Shown here piece after piece: positions 12,523-23,633 of a stretch of 64,000 nucleotides of DNA. The DNA is taken from contig CAVTOM010000001.1 in the NCBI GenBank assembly GCA_963736365.1, positions 15,758 to 79,757 of the forward strand. Reading direction: 5' to 3'. Every line of letters starts with the position of its first letter. Position 1 is the stretch's first letter. The notes beneath the pieces are model-generated. The model had not been told where the DNA came from and did no database searches. It saw nothing but the letters and a program-made list of their open reading frames with translations. Made by a program: the position numbers and the translations under genes. This DNA comes from an uncultured bacterium (GTDB lineage: Bacteria > Actinomycetota > Actinomycetes > S36-B12).

Positions 12523-12651
12523 GGGGGCGACTGTAGGGGCAGGCAAGCGGCGTACGCTCGTCGCTCGCGTCGGCACGGGCTCCGTGCTTGACTGGCGGCA
12601 CGCTGGCCCTCGCCAGCGCCTCGAGAACGCATGTGAATGGAGCGATTCCCC

Positions 12652-13179
12652 ATGACCGACCGCAATCTCATCCTCTTCGTCGCCTCGTACTCCGACGCCG
12701 CAGCCGCGGAGGCGGACTACCACGCGCTCAAGGACGCCCAGGTGGCCGAGGACTTCGCCGTGGTCCAGTCCGTCGTGCTGAGCCGCGCCGAGGACGGCGC
12801 CGTCACGGTCGACGAGCACGGTGCCACCGCCGTCGGCGGCGGCGCGCTCATCGGCGCGGGCGCCGGCCTCGTCATCGGCCTGTTCGCCCCGCCCCTGCTC
12901 CTGGCCACCGCCGTCGGCGCGGGCATCGGCGCGATCGTCGGTGAGTTCGTCAAGAAGCACGAGGAGAAGAAGCTGGGCGTCGACCTGGAGGAGTACCTGC
13001 CGGTCGGGTCCTCGGCCCTCGTGGCGATCGTCGACGACATGTACGCCGACCGAGTCGACAAGGCCGTGACGAAGGCGACCAAGCGCGTCGCCAAGGCGAT
13101 CGACAGCGGCGACTACGAGAAGATCCAGAAGGCGATCGACGAGGGCACCGACAAGATCGCGGACGCCGTCGAGTCGTAG
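12652..13179 (+). CDS. DUF1269-like membrane protein
   Basis: ORF 12637-13179. ATG 12652 follows GGAG. It has a Gly-rich membrane segment (GGGALIGAGAGLVIGLF...GAGIGAIVG) flanked by soluble halves, as in DUF1269 proteins. Confidence 0.7.
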   Translation: MTDRNLILFVASYSDAAAAEADYHALKDAQVAEDFAVVQSVVLSRAEDGAVTVDEHGATAVGGGALIGAGAGLVIGLFAPPLLLATAVGAGIGAIVGEFVKKHEEKKLGVDLEEYLPVGSSALVAIVDDMYADRVDKAVTKATKRVAKAIDSGDYEKIQKAIDEGTDKIADAVES

Positions 13180-13207
13180 GCCGGTCGGCCGGTCGCGTGG
13201 CTCGTCG

Positions 13208-13579
13208 CTAGCCGGCGAGCCACGCGACGGCTCGCGCTCGATCCGCGAACGTGCGCGACTGCAGTCCCCGATTGACCGCGGCCGTCTCCCAGAACCGCAC
13301 CGACTCCGCTGCGACGGGATCGACCGGCCGGACGATCGCCTCGCGGTACCGGGGGAGCGCCTCGAGGTGCGCGAGCACCTCCACGAGCGAGTACAGGTCC
13401 AGGACGGCCGGTCCGCTGATGAGGGCGGCGCAGTCCGTCAGGACGGCCCAGGTGTCGTGCTCGACGGCCAGCTCCAGGGCGCGCCGGACGGCGACCGCCA
13501 TCTCCGGCGCGCTGACCACGCCCCCGTAGGTCATGTCCAGGAACTGCCCCGAGGCGTCCAGTGCGACGGAACAGCCCAT
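13208..13579 (-). CDS. Hypothetical protein (123 aa)
   Basis: This is the C-terminal part of ORF 13208-13903, taken from ATG 13579. It has high GC3 and non-repetitive composition. The upstream part of the long ORF is Arg/Pro-rich and looks non-coding. I recognise no family. Confidence 0.45.
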   Translation of the reverse strand: MGCSVALDASGQFLDMTYGGVVSAPEMAVAVRRALELAVEHDTWAVLTDCAALISGPAVLDLYSLVEVLAHLEALPRYREAIVRPVDPVAAESVRFWETAAVNRGLQSRTFADRARAVAWLAG

Positions 13580-13809
13580 GGCCACCCTTTCGTCGCATTC
13601 GATGGGGATGATCGCGTGCTCGCGACCGTCGACAGGGCGCTGGGGCCTCACCGTATCGGAGAGCCCGCGATGGGGCGCTCCGGCTCGAGAGGCGTGATCG
13701 CCGCTCCCGTCGTATCTTGGTCGGCAGCCCGGACGCCGCGGGGGACGTCGCAGCCTCAGCCCAGCCACCGGAACCACTCCGCCCTCGGGCGGACGACGAA
13801 AGGACATCC

Positions 13810-14529
13810 ATGATCGGACGACGCATCCTGCGCGGGGCAGCCGTCGCTGTCGCCGTGCTCCTGCCTGTGGGCCTCGTGGCAGCCAGCCCGGCCACGGCGG
13901 CACCCGCCAAGCCGAAGACCGCCACGGTCTCGGTCCTGCACGGCATCCCTGGCCTGACGGTCGACGTCTACGCCAACGACGCCCTGCTCATCGATGACTT
14001 CACCCCGGGTCCCTGAAGACGGTCAAGGTGCCGGGCGGCACCTACAACCTGGAGATCTTCCCGGCGACCTCGACTGACTCCAGCGGGACGCCGGTGCTGC
14101 AGGGCTCGGCGACCGTGGCGAACGGCAAGAACTACACCGTGACCGCGAACCTCACCGCCACGGGAACCCCGGCCCTGAACGTGTTCGTCAACAACATGGC
14201 CCCGATCGCCAAGGGTGCGAAGAAGGGCCGCGTGACCGTGCGTCACATTGCCGCGGCTCCCGCCGTCGACGTCTTCGTCAACGGCAACGTGGCCTTCTCC
14301 GGCCTGACGAACCCGAACCAGGTCCAGACCGTGCTCCCGCGCGGCGTCTACCAGACGGCGGCAGGCCTCGCCGGCGCCGGAACCGCCGGCATCGCGCTCG
14401 GCCCGGTGCCGCTGCCGGTCAAGGCCGGCTTCAACGTCGATCGTGTACGCGTGGGGCGTCCCGCAGGCCGCGGGCGGCGCCGGCGTGCAGGTGGCGGTGC
14501 AGTACGTGAAGCTGGCGATGCCGAAGTAG
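13810..14529 (+). pseudogene. Secreted DUF4397 domain protein, frameshifted twice
   Basis: Signal peptide MIGRRILRGAAVAVAVLLPVGLVAASPATA. ..VSVLHGIPGLTVDVYAN.. continues after a shift near 14012 (..LKTVKVPGGTYNLEIFPA..). After a second shift near 14448 it continues as ..IVYAWGVPQAAGGAGVQVAVQYVKLAMPK, ending at TAG 14527-14529. Confidence 0.7.
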
Positions 14530-14619
14530 TCCACGCGATCGGTCGACGGCGGCCGCGTCACCCGGATCATCCGGGGTGGCGCGGCCGTTCGGCGTCCGTG
14601 CCCCCTCTGCGCCGGTCGC

Positions 14620-16114
14620 TCAGCCGCGCGTCGGCGCCCGCCACCGTGGCCGCAGCGCGTCGGACGCCGCCAGGCCGAGGGCCGACTCGAGCGCCCGCCC
14701 GACGGCGAGCAGGGTCGGCTCCGAGCCTGCGGGTCCGACGATCGACAGGCCGACGGGCAGCCCGTCCACCAGGCCCATCGGCACCGTCAGGATCGGCCAG
14801 CCCAGGATGGCGGCCGGCGTGCAGACGGCCCCGCCTCCGTCGAGGAGGTCGCCGAGCGTGAGGTCCGACTTCCATGACGGCTGGTACGCGGGTGCGAGGA
14901 GCACGTCGGTCTCGGCGAGCGCCGGGCCGAGGCACGCGTCGCGGGCGAACGCGAGGTTGGCGGCACGCGCCTCCTGGTACCGGGTGCGAGGCGCGACCGC
15001 CGGCGAGCGAGTGCCTGCTCGAAGAACTCCTGTCCGAAGGCGGCAAGCTCGATCTCTGCGTGCGCGGCGTTGAAGGCGACCACGTCGGCCAGGCACGCGC
15101 ACGCCCGCGCCCGTCCCGGGCCGCGAGGTAGGCGTCCAGGTCGTCGAGGACGTCGCCGAGCAGGACGTCGACCTGGTCGGCGTGAACCTGGCCAGGCGTG
15201 AACGGCACCGGGGACGACCGGACCGAGGCCAGCAGCGGGGTCACCGCGGCCACCGCGCGCTCGAACAGCGCGTCGGTCGCGGGCGTGGCCGGTGAGCCAC
15301 GCCTCCACCACGCCCGCGCGCACCGTCCCCGCGGCCCCGGGGCGCAGGCGGGCAGGCAGTCCGTGCGCCCGGAGATCGCCTCGTAGACGACGGCCGCATC
15401 TGGGACCGAGCGGGCCAGCGGCCCGGCCACGTCCTGCGTCAGGCTGACCGGCACGATGCCCGACGAGGGAACCGAGCCGACCGTCGGCTTCAGGCCCACC
15501 ACCCCGTTGAGCGCGGCCGGGCAGGTGATCGAGCCGTTGGTCTCCGTGCCGACGGCGGCGAAGGCCAGGCCGGCCGCGACCGCCGCTCCGGAGCCCGACG
15601 AGGAGCCGCCCGCGCTGCGGTCGAGTGCCCAGGGGTTGCCCGTCAGCCCACCGACCCCCGACCAGCCGCTCGTCGAGTGCGGTGAGCGGAAGTTGGCCCA
15701 CTCCGACAGGTTCGTGGAGCCGAGGATCACGGCTCCGGCCGCCCGAAGCCGAGCCGCCACGGGGGAGTCCTGTCGCACCGTGCGGCCGGCGAGGGCCGTC
15801 GACCCGGCGGTGGCGGGCAGCCCGATCGCCTCGATGTTGTCCTTCACGAGCACCGGCACCCCGTGCAGGGGGCCGAGCGTGCCGCCGGACCGCTGCTCTG
15901 CGTCTCGTGCCGCCGCCTCGGCGCGGGCGTCAGGAGCGAGGGCGAGGACGGCGCGCAGGGCTGTGGGCGTCCCGGGGGCGTCCACGGCGTCGATGCGCTC
16001 GAGCAGGAGCGCGGTGACTGCTCGACTGCTCTGGTGCCCGGCGCGCAGCTCGTGTGCGATGCCGGTCAACGTGCCGGCGGCGTGTCCGGAGGACGGGGGG
16101 TGCGGGTCGGTCAT
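14620..16114 (-). pseudogene. Amidase (amidase signature family), multiply frameshifted
   Basis: The N-terminal half is intact (..VKDNI..GGSSSGSGAAVAAGLA..GTETNGSITCPA..). The C-terminal half is recoverable only by hopping between three frames (..VRAGVVEAWLTGH.. / ..DVVAFNAAHAEIELAAFGQEFFEQA.. / ..LTVPMGLVDGLPVGLSIVGPAGSEPTLL..). There are at least 3-4 junctions between about 15330 and 15000. Confidence 0.85.
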
Positions 16115-16268
16115 GGCCCCACCCTTGCGCATCCCCCTGCCGGGCGCTGGCACTCGCAGTGCTGCACCGAGGCGCGCCGCACGAGGCGACGAGCCTGCGC
16201 CTGCCCCTACGCTCGGGACGTGCTCATGTCGTCGTCGGACCCGGGCGACCTCGCGGAGGCCGAGGCGC

Positions 16269-18286
16269 GTGCAGGCGACCGAGCGTCGGCTGGCTCTCGA
16301 GCTGGCCGAGGAGCTCGGTGACGTCGTCTTCGCCCTGGAGGTGGCGCCGGAGCTGCGCTACCTCTACGTGTCCCCGTCGGCGCTGGCCTTGGTCGGCTAC
16401 AGCCCCGAGGAGCACTACGCCGACGCCGAGCTGGCGATGAGCCTGCTGGACCCCGACGACCGCCAGACGTTGATGGAGGCGCTGTCGGCCGACACCGACG
16501 ATGTCATCTCGGTGACCGTCCGCTACCGCACGCGGTCGGGAGAGCGACTGTGGCTGGACAACCGCTGCCGGCGGGTGATCCACCCGGACGGCCGCGTCGT
16601 GGTCTACGGCGCGGCGCGCGACGTCACCGCCTTCCGGCTGGCCCAGGAGCGCCTGATGGAGGAGCGCGAGCGCTACAAGCTGCTGGCGGAGAACAGCCGA
16701 GACGTCGTCTACCGCACGGACGTCACCGGGGTCATCACGTGGATCTCCCCCTCGGTCACGGCGGCGCTCGGCTGGCAGTCCGGAGGACCTCGTCGGCCGG
16801 CGCGTGTCCGACTTCGTGCATCCGGACGACCTCGTCCACGTGCGGGCTCAGCAGCAGGCCATCCGGGCCCGCGGCGACGTCCGGGGCGAGGTCGAGCTGA
16901 GGTTCCGCACCGCGGTGGAAGGGTGGCGGTGGATGCGCGTGACCGGCCGGCTCCTGCTCGACGAGGAGGGGCGGCCCGTCGGCGGTATCGACGAGCTGCG
17001 GGACATCCAGACGGAGATGGAGACCCGCGCGCTGCTGCAGCGCGAGGTGGACCATGACGCCCTGACCGGCCTGGCCAAGCGCTCGCTCACGCTGGCCCGA
17101 CTGCAGGAGCACATCGACGCTCGCCCGCCGGGCGGCGTGGTGCTCCTGTGCGCGGGGGTCGACGGCCTCACGTCGGTCAACCAGACGTACATGCACACCG
17201 CCGGCGACCGCGTCCTGGCCGAGGTCGCCGAGCGGCTGGCCGCGCGTGGCCGGCGCCGCCGATCGCGTCGGGCGGGTGGCAGGTGACGAGTTCGCCATCC
17301 TGCTCCCGGACGTCGTGTCCGCGGAGGATGCCGCGACCGCGGCCGAGGCGGTCCTCGCCGCAGCCCGCGGTCCGGTGTCGATCGGTCCCCACGAGCTCGA
17401 CGTGTCGGTCTGCGTCGGCGTCGCGGTCTCGGACGGGACCGACGCCGAGGAGCTGCTCCGCGACGCCACGACGGCGCTGCGCCAGGCCGCCTCGCGCGGC
17501 AACGACCGCTGGGAGTTCCTCGACACCCGGCTCGCGACGGCGGCCCGGGCGCGCATGGCCGTGCAGGGACCGCTGCGCGAGGCCATCGCCGACGATGGCA
17601 TCCGGCCATGGTTCCAGCCGATCGTCACGCTCCAGGACGGCCGGATCTGCGGGTATGAGGCGCTGGCCCGGTGGGTGCTGCCGGACGGCTCGCTCGCCGA
17701 CACGGAGGACTTCCTGACCGGGGCCGAGCGCAGTGGCGTCATCGTCATGCTGGACGACGCCATGCTCCGGCACGCCCTCGCGGCCGCTGCCGGCATGAGC
17801 GAGGACCTGTCCATGGCCGTCAACGTGTCGGCGCAGACGCTCGAGGCGCGCGACCTCGCGCAGCGCGTCTCCCGGCACCTGCAGGACAGCGGCGTGGCGC
17901 CCGAGCGCCTCCACCTCGAGGTCACCGAGACCTCCCTGCTCCACGTCACCCGCGAGATGACGGACGTCATGCGGGCGGTGGCCGAGCTCGGCGTGGGCTG
18001 GTGGGTCGACGACTTCGGGACCGGATTCTCCTCGGTCACCCACCTGCGCGACCTCCCCGTCGCCGGGCTCAAACTCGACCGGTCCTTCACGGCCGACCTG
18101 CAGACCGACGAGCATCGGGCCCGCCAGCTGGCGCTCGGCCTCGTCGGGCTCGCGCGGGGACTCGACCTCGACACCGTGGCCGAGGGCATCGAGACGCAGG
18201 CCGACGCCGACCTGCTGGCCGGACAGGGTTGGGCCAAGGGCCAGGGGTGGCTGTTCGGGCGTGCCGCACCGGACCTGCGCGCCTGA
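16269..18286 (+). pseudogene. PAS-PAS-GGDEF-EAL c-di-GMP protein, frameshifted
   Basis: Two PAS domains are present (..YKLLAENSRDVVYRTD..WISPSV..). The GGDEF domain carries AGDEF (..GRVAGDEFAILL..). The EAL domain has EALARW, DDFGTG and EGIET. Junctions are near 16779 and 17245. The start is GTG 16269, or ATG 16226 if a further shift is assumed. Confidence 0.85.
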
Positions 18287-18342
18287 CCGGACGGCTCGCC
18301 GGCAGTCCGGCAACGCCCGGTGACCGGCGCTACCATCGCTAC

Positions 18343-18483
18343 GTGTCGTACCTGCTGGCCGCCGTCGCGGTCGCGCTGCCGACCGTGCTCGTCGTGTCGG
18401 TCCTTCGCGGCCGGACGCGGGTGAGGTGCTGCTCGGTGGCGCCGGAGCATGATCTGCGCATGCGTGACGCCATGCGCGAGTGA
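18343..18483 (+). CDS. Candidate small membrane protein (46 aa) with a CC motif
   Basis: GTG 18343 gives [46 protein letters not shown]. About 90% of third positions are G/C. Its stop overlaps the CDF start (GTGATG). There is no homology support. Confidence 0.3.
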   Translation: MSYLLAAVAVALPTVLVVSVLRGRTRVRCCSVAPEHDLRMRDAMRE

Positions 18484-19432
18484 TGACGGCGCACTCGGGG
18501 GTCAGCCCCCGGCTCATGCAGTGGGCGTGGCTGTCGATCGCCGCCGCCGTCGTCACCATCGGGCTGAAGTCGGCCGCCTACCTCGCGACCGGATCGGTCG
18601 GCCTGCTGTCCGACGCCCTGGAGTCGGTCGTCAACCTCGTCGCCGCCGTGCTGGCCCTGATGGCGATCCGCATCGCGGCCCGGCCCGCGGACGACTCGCA
18701 CCACTTCGGCCACGGCAAGGTGGAGTACTTCTCTGCCGGTGCCGAGGGCCTCATGATCCTCGTGGCCGCCGCTCCTCATCCTCGTGTCCGCGGTCTCCCG
18801 CCTGGTCGAATCCCCAGCCGCTGGAGGCGCTCGGAGTCGGTATCGCCATCACCCTCGTCGCTACCGCGGTCAACGCGGTCGTCGGCACGCTCGTCCTGCG
18901 GGCAGGCCAGCGGCACCGGTCGATCACCCTGGTGGCCGACGGCCGGCACCTGCTCACCGACGTGTGGACGTCGGTCGGCGTCGTCGTCGGGGTGGGGCTG
19001 GTGGCCCTGACCGGGTGGCAGCCGCTGGACTCGCTCGTGGCCATCGCGGTGGCCCTCAACATCCTGTGGACGGGGTTCACGCTCGTGCGGCACGCGATGA
19101 ACGGCCTCATGGACCACGCCCTGCCGGCCGCGGACGTCAGTCGCCTTCGCGCCGCGCTCGGGGCGCTCGCCGCCGCCCATCCGGCGGGCGAGGTCGAGTT
19201 CCACGCCGTCCAGACGCGCGAGTCGGGCCGCGACCGCTTCGTGTCGATGCACGTGCTCGTACCGGGCTCGTGGACCGTGGCCCAGGGGCACGACCTGCTC
19301 GAGCAGGTCGAGTCGGCCGTGCACGACGTGCTCGAGGACGCGGTGGTCCACACGCACCTGGAGCCGCGCGAGGACCCGCGCTCCTACGGCGACGCGCGCG
19401 GCGGGTTCGCGGTGGGGGAGCGTCATGGCTGA
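18480..19432 (+). pseudogene. Cation diffusion facilitator (CDF) family transporter, frameshifted
   Basis: ..[30 protein letters not shown].. continues after junctions near 18772 and 18815 as ..[14 protein letters not shown] / [27 protein letters not shown].. Confidence 0.85.
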
Positions 19433-21481
19433 TCCGTACCCAGGGCCCGCCCGACCGGCTGCGCGCGACCCTCGACTCGCTTCTGGACCCGCACGTGTAC
19501 TTCGAGGCCGTCCGCGACGAGTCCGGCGCGATCGTGGACTTCGTCTATGTCGACGCCAACGACGCGGCCTGCGCGTACAACCACTCGACCCGTGAGGAGA
19601 TGATCGGGCGCACCCTGCTCGAGGTGCTCCCCGGTCACGCCGGCTCCGGCATCCTCGCGACGTACGCGCACGTGGTCGACAGCGGCGAGCCGCTCATCGT
19701 GGACGGGCAGGCGTACTACAACGAGCTGCTGGCGACGGAGCGCCGCTCGGACGTCCGCGGGATCCGCGTCGGCGACGGGCTGAGCCTGACCTGGCGCGAC
19801 GTCACCGAGCGCTACGAGGAGGCCGCACGGCTCGAGGCCGCGCTCTCGCGGTTCCAGCTGCTGGCGGAGAACGCCTCCGACGTGGTGGTCCTCACCGACC
19901 GCACGCGCCGGATCACCTGGATCTCGCCGTCGGTGCTGCGGGTCCTCGGGTATCGGCCCGAGGACGTGGGCGGCGCCAGCCTGACGGACTTCACCCATCC
20001 CGATGACCACGCGAAGGTCGATGCCTGGCGGGCTCGGCTCGCCGATCGGGGTCAGATCACTGCCGAGGCAGGTGAGCCCGTGCGGTTCCGCACCGCCACC
20101 GGCGCCTACCGGTGGTTCACCGCGTCGGCGTCCGAGCTCATCGACGACTCGGGGCAGTTCGTCGGCGTCGTGGGCGCACTCAACGATGTCGACGAGCTCG
20201 TGCGCGCCCGCACCGCTGCCGACGCGCAGCGGCGACTGCTGCAGTCGACGGTGGACTCGCTGCTCGACCCGCACGCATTCATGGAGCCCGTGATCGAGTG
20301 CGGTCGCGTGGTCGATTTCGTGTTCGTCGACGTCAACCCGGCGACCGCGCGGTACCTCGGGCTGTCGCGCTCCGAGGTCGTGGGGTCGCGGCTGTTCCGG
20401 GTCCTGCCCGACGCCCAGGGGATGCTCGCACAGTTCGTGGAGGTCCTCGAGACCGGAGCGCCGCTCGTGCTCGACGGCCTGGGCTATCGCAACCCCGCCA
20501 TGCACATCGAGCACCGGTACGACGTCCGCGTGGTCCCCGTCGACCGCGGCATGAGCGTCACGGTCCGCGACGTGACCCCTCGGTACCGGGCCGAGCAGGC
20601 GCTGCAGGAGAGCGAGACCCGGTTCCGGCTGCTCGCCGAGAACTCCACCGACATCGTCGTGCACCTGCGAGAGGGTCGCGTCGAGTGGGCCTCTCCGTCG
20701 ATCCGACACGCGCTGGGCTGGACACCAGACGAGGTGGTCGGCGACTTCGCCCTGACGATGATCCACCCCGACGACCTCGACCACGTGGCGCGGTCGCTGG
20801 CGGCCAGCGACGCCGGCGCCGTCACGCGCGACCGCTTCCGGCTGCGCGATCGGCTGGGCGTGTTCCACTGGGTCGACAGCAACACCGGCCCCTTCCACAG
20901 CAGCACCGGCGAGCAGGACGGCGTCGTGGTGTCGCTGCGGATCGTCGACAGTGAGGTGAGCGCCCAGGAGGAGCTCGAGCTGCGCGCCCGGCTGGACCCG
21001 GTCACCGGGCTGGCCAACCGTCAGGAGCTCTTCCGCCACTTCGCCGGCCAGCTGAACGCCACGCAGCGCAGCGGTCATCGCACCGGGGTCGTCTTCGTCG
21101 ACCTCGACGACTTCAAGGACATCAACGACTCCTACGGGCACGCGGCCGGCGATGCCTTCCTGCGCGTCACGGCGCGACGCATCGCGGCAGGCGTGCGCCA
21201 CGGCGACTTCGTCGCGCGCATCGGCGGCGATGAGCTCCTCGTCGTGCTCGACGGCGTGCACGACGAGTCCGAGGCGGCGGCGATCGCCGACAAGCTCCGG
21301 CTGGCCGTCGGCCCAGCCGGTCGAGTACGCCCAGCAGGCGATGCGATCGACTGCGAGCCTGGGAGTCACGCTGGCCGAGACGGACGAGCGGCTCGATGAC
21401 GTCGTGGCGCGCGCCGACGCAGCGATGTACGCCGCGAAGGCGGCCGGGCGCAACCGCGTGGTCGTGCGCATGCCCAGGTGA
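19425..21481 (+). pseudogene. Multi-PAS diguanylate cyclase (4 PAS + GGDEF with GGDEL motif), frameshifted
   Basis: ORF 18784-21399 carries alternating PAS types (LDSLLDPH..DFVYVDAN.. and LLAENASDVV..WISPSV..) and the GGDEF domain (..LDDFKDINDSYGHAAGD..RHGDFVARIGGDELLVVL). The C-terminal end (..ADAAMYAAKAAGRNRVV) is in another frame, with the junction near 21310. ATG 19425 overlaps the CDF stop, but reaching the PAS frame needs another shift within about 10 nt. Confidence 0.85.
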
Positions 21482-22143
21482 GGGCGACCCTCGAGGCCCA
21501 ACCGGACGGTCGTCCGCAGGGGACGGCAGTGCTCCTGCACGGCTTCACCCGGTCGCCGGAGGACCTCGCCGACCTGTCGGCTGGGTGCGTCACGCTCGGG
21601 GCACGCACGCTCCGACCGGCCCTCGGCGCCCTGTGGTGGCCGACGAGCACGAACAACGCGGGCTTCCTGACGCGCGTGGCCGACGAGGTCGCCGACCGGG
21701 CCGCGGACGGACCGGTCGTGGTGGTCGGGCACTCGGCTGGGGCGTCCGCCGGCGCGTGGGTGGCGGCACGGCTGCGCCAGCGCGGGGTCGACGTCACGAC
21801 GCTCGTGCTCGTCGACGGAGTGGAGAGCCCGACGCATCTGATCGAGCGGGCCTGGCCGGGGCTGTCCGGGGTGCGCGTCCTCGCGGCGTGCGCGCCGCCG
21901 AGCCGCTGCAATCGAGGCGGGGCACTGGCGCGCTGGCTGGCCGGGCGCGTGGCGCCTGACCACGTGGTCGTGGTCCCGGACGCCGGGCACGGTGACATCG
22001 AGGGACCGTCGCGCGCGGTGTACCGCTGGGCGTGCGGCGACGATCCGCGACGGCCGGCCGGGACGGCCGTCCTCGACATCGTTCTCGGATGGGTGGGCGA
22101 GGGACTGCGCGGTGCCCGCGCTGGTGCTACTCCGGATCCGTGA
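21478..22143 (+). CDS. Alpha/beta hydrolase family protein
   Basis: ORF-track 221 aa with ..VLLHGF.. and the nucleophile elbow VVGHSAGA. Its GTG start shares a GTGA overlap with the preceding gene's stop. Confidence 0.7.
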   Translation: MRATLEAQPDGRPQGTAVLLHGFTRSPEDLADLSAGCVTLGARTLRPALGALWWPTSTNNAGFLTRVADEVADRAADGPVVVVGHSAGASAGAWVAARLRQRGVDVTTLVLVDGVESPTHLIERAWPGLSGVRVLAACAPPSRCNRGGALARWLAGRVAPDHVVVVPDAGHGDIEGPSRAVYRWACGDDPRRPAGTAVLDIVLGWVGEGLRGARAGATPDP

Positions 22144-22609
22144 TGTCGGCCACCGTGGCGGACAGGGCCTGCAGTGCGGTGTCGGCGTCGACGACGGCCG
22201 CGACCCCGTGGGCGCCGGCCCCGAGGGAGATCTCGCGCCCGGCCAGGCGGTGGTCGGCCACCACGGGCCAGGTCGGCCGCGACCCGAACGGCGTGATCGT
22301 GCCACGCTCGTAGCCGGTGGCCGCGAGTGCCGTCGCGGCGTCTGGCATCGACATCCGGCTGACACCGAGCAGGTCGCGCAGGCGCGGCCACGCGATCGTG
22401 CGGTCCCCGGGCACCAGCACGAGCAGGAAGTCGTCGTCGCCGCGCCGGACGACCAGGGTCTTGACTACGTCGCGCGGCTCGACGCCGCGGGCCTCGGCGG
22501 CCTCGAGCAGACTGGACACGCGGCCGTGGCGGACGAGCCGGAACGGGACGCCGGCCGCCTCGAGGGCGCTGATGGCGCGCTCCTCGCCGCTGGGCGCTGC
22601 CGGGTCCAT
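22127..22609 (-). CDS. YbaK/EbsC family aminoacyl-tRNA deacylase
   Basis: ORF-track 160 aa. ..[43 protein letters not shown].. is the YbaK-type pattern. Confidence 0.85.
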   Translation of the reverse strand: MDPAAPSGEERAISALEAAGVPFRLVRHGRVSSLLEAAEARGVEPRDVVKTLVVRRGDDDFLLVLVPGDRTIAWPRLRDLLGVSRMSMPDAATALAATGYERGTITPFGSRPTWPVVADHRLAGREISLGAGAHGVAAVVDADTALQALSATVADITDPE

Positions 22610-22698
22610 GGCGCCAGTGTGCCGGACGACCCGCGCGGCGCGGACCGCCCGCGGCCCCGATCTGGCGATGCACCCGCTGTAGTGGAAGGATCAACCAC

Positions 22699-23633
22699 AT
22701 GCGAATCGCGAACGACATCACCGAGCTGGTCGGCAACACCCCGCTGGTGCGGATCCGGGAGGTGACCGACGGTGCCGGCGCGCAGGTGGTGGCGAAGCTG
22801 GAGTTCTTCAACCCGGCGGGGTCGGTGAAGGACCGGATCGGCGTGGCGATGATCGATGCCGCTCAGGAGGCGGGGCTGATCGGCCCGGACACGATCGTGG
22901 TCGAGCCGACGAGCGGGAACACGGGGATCGCGCTGGCGATGGTGTGCGCGGCGCGGGGGATCAAGATCGTGCTGACGATGCCGGAGACGATGAGCCTGGA
23001 GCGGCGCGCGCTGCTGCGCGGCTACGGCGCGGACCTGATCCTGACGCCCGGGCCCGGAGGGCATGGGCGGGGCGATCGCGAAGGCGACGGAGCTGGCGGC
23101 CAGTGACCCGAAGTACTTCATGCCGCAGCAGTTCATGAACGCGGCGAACCCGGAGGTCCACCGGCGCACGACGGCCGAGGAGATCTGGCGCGACACCGAC
23201 GGCGAGGTCGACATCCTGATCTCGGGCGTGGGCACCGGTGGCACCATCACCGGGGTCGGTCAGGTGCTCAAGGAGCGCAAGCCCGGGGTGCAGGTGATCG
23301 CGGTCGAGCCGGCCGCGTCGCCCGTGCTGGCCGGCGGTGCGAAGGGCCCGCACCCGATCCAGGGCATCGGCGCCGGGTTCGTTCCGGCGATCCTGGACAC
23401 CACCGTGTACGACGAGGTGCATCGGGGTCCAGGCCGACGACGCGCTGGCGATGGCCCGGCGGGCCGCGGTCGAGGAGGGCCTGCTGGTCGGCATCTCCTC
23501 CGGCGCCGCCCTGTGGGCCGCCCGCGAGGTCGCCCAGCGGCCCGAGAACGCCGGCAAGCTGATCGTGGTGATCATCCCCTCCTTCGGCGAGCGCTACCTG
23601 TCCACCGCGCTGTTCGCCGGCCTGGGCGAATGA
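22699..23633 (+). pseudogene. cysK: Cysteine synthase A (O-acetylserine sulfhydrylase), frameshifted twice
   Basis: ..[35 protein letters not shown].. continues after a junction near 23055 as ..[10 protein letters not shown].. After a second junction near 23421 it continues as ..[23 protein letters not shown]. Confidence 0.9.

Noticed and set aside
14559-14578. Hairpin CACCCGGAT-C-ATCCGGGGTG between the DUF4397 gene and the convergent amidase as an intrinsic terminator.
   Set aside because: It is a short stem with one bulged G, has no U-tract, and lies within the poorly defined, frameshifted 3' region of the amidase. The evidence is too weak to annotate.
19423-22365. Very long antisense ORFs in the track: 980 aa here, 787 aa at 37640-40003, 758 aa at 44110-46386, 719 aa at 32703-34862 and 603 aa at 11149-12960.
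   Set aside because: Their translations are Arg/Pro/Gly/Ala-rich low-complexity strings with no recognisable motifs. Each lies opposite or out of frame to genes with clear family signatures. Stop-codon-poor alternative frames are expected in DNA this GC-rich. The exception is the short N-terminal piece of 11149-12960, which is the real start of the DUF2252 gene.
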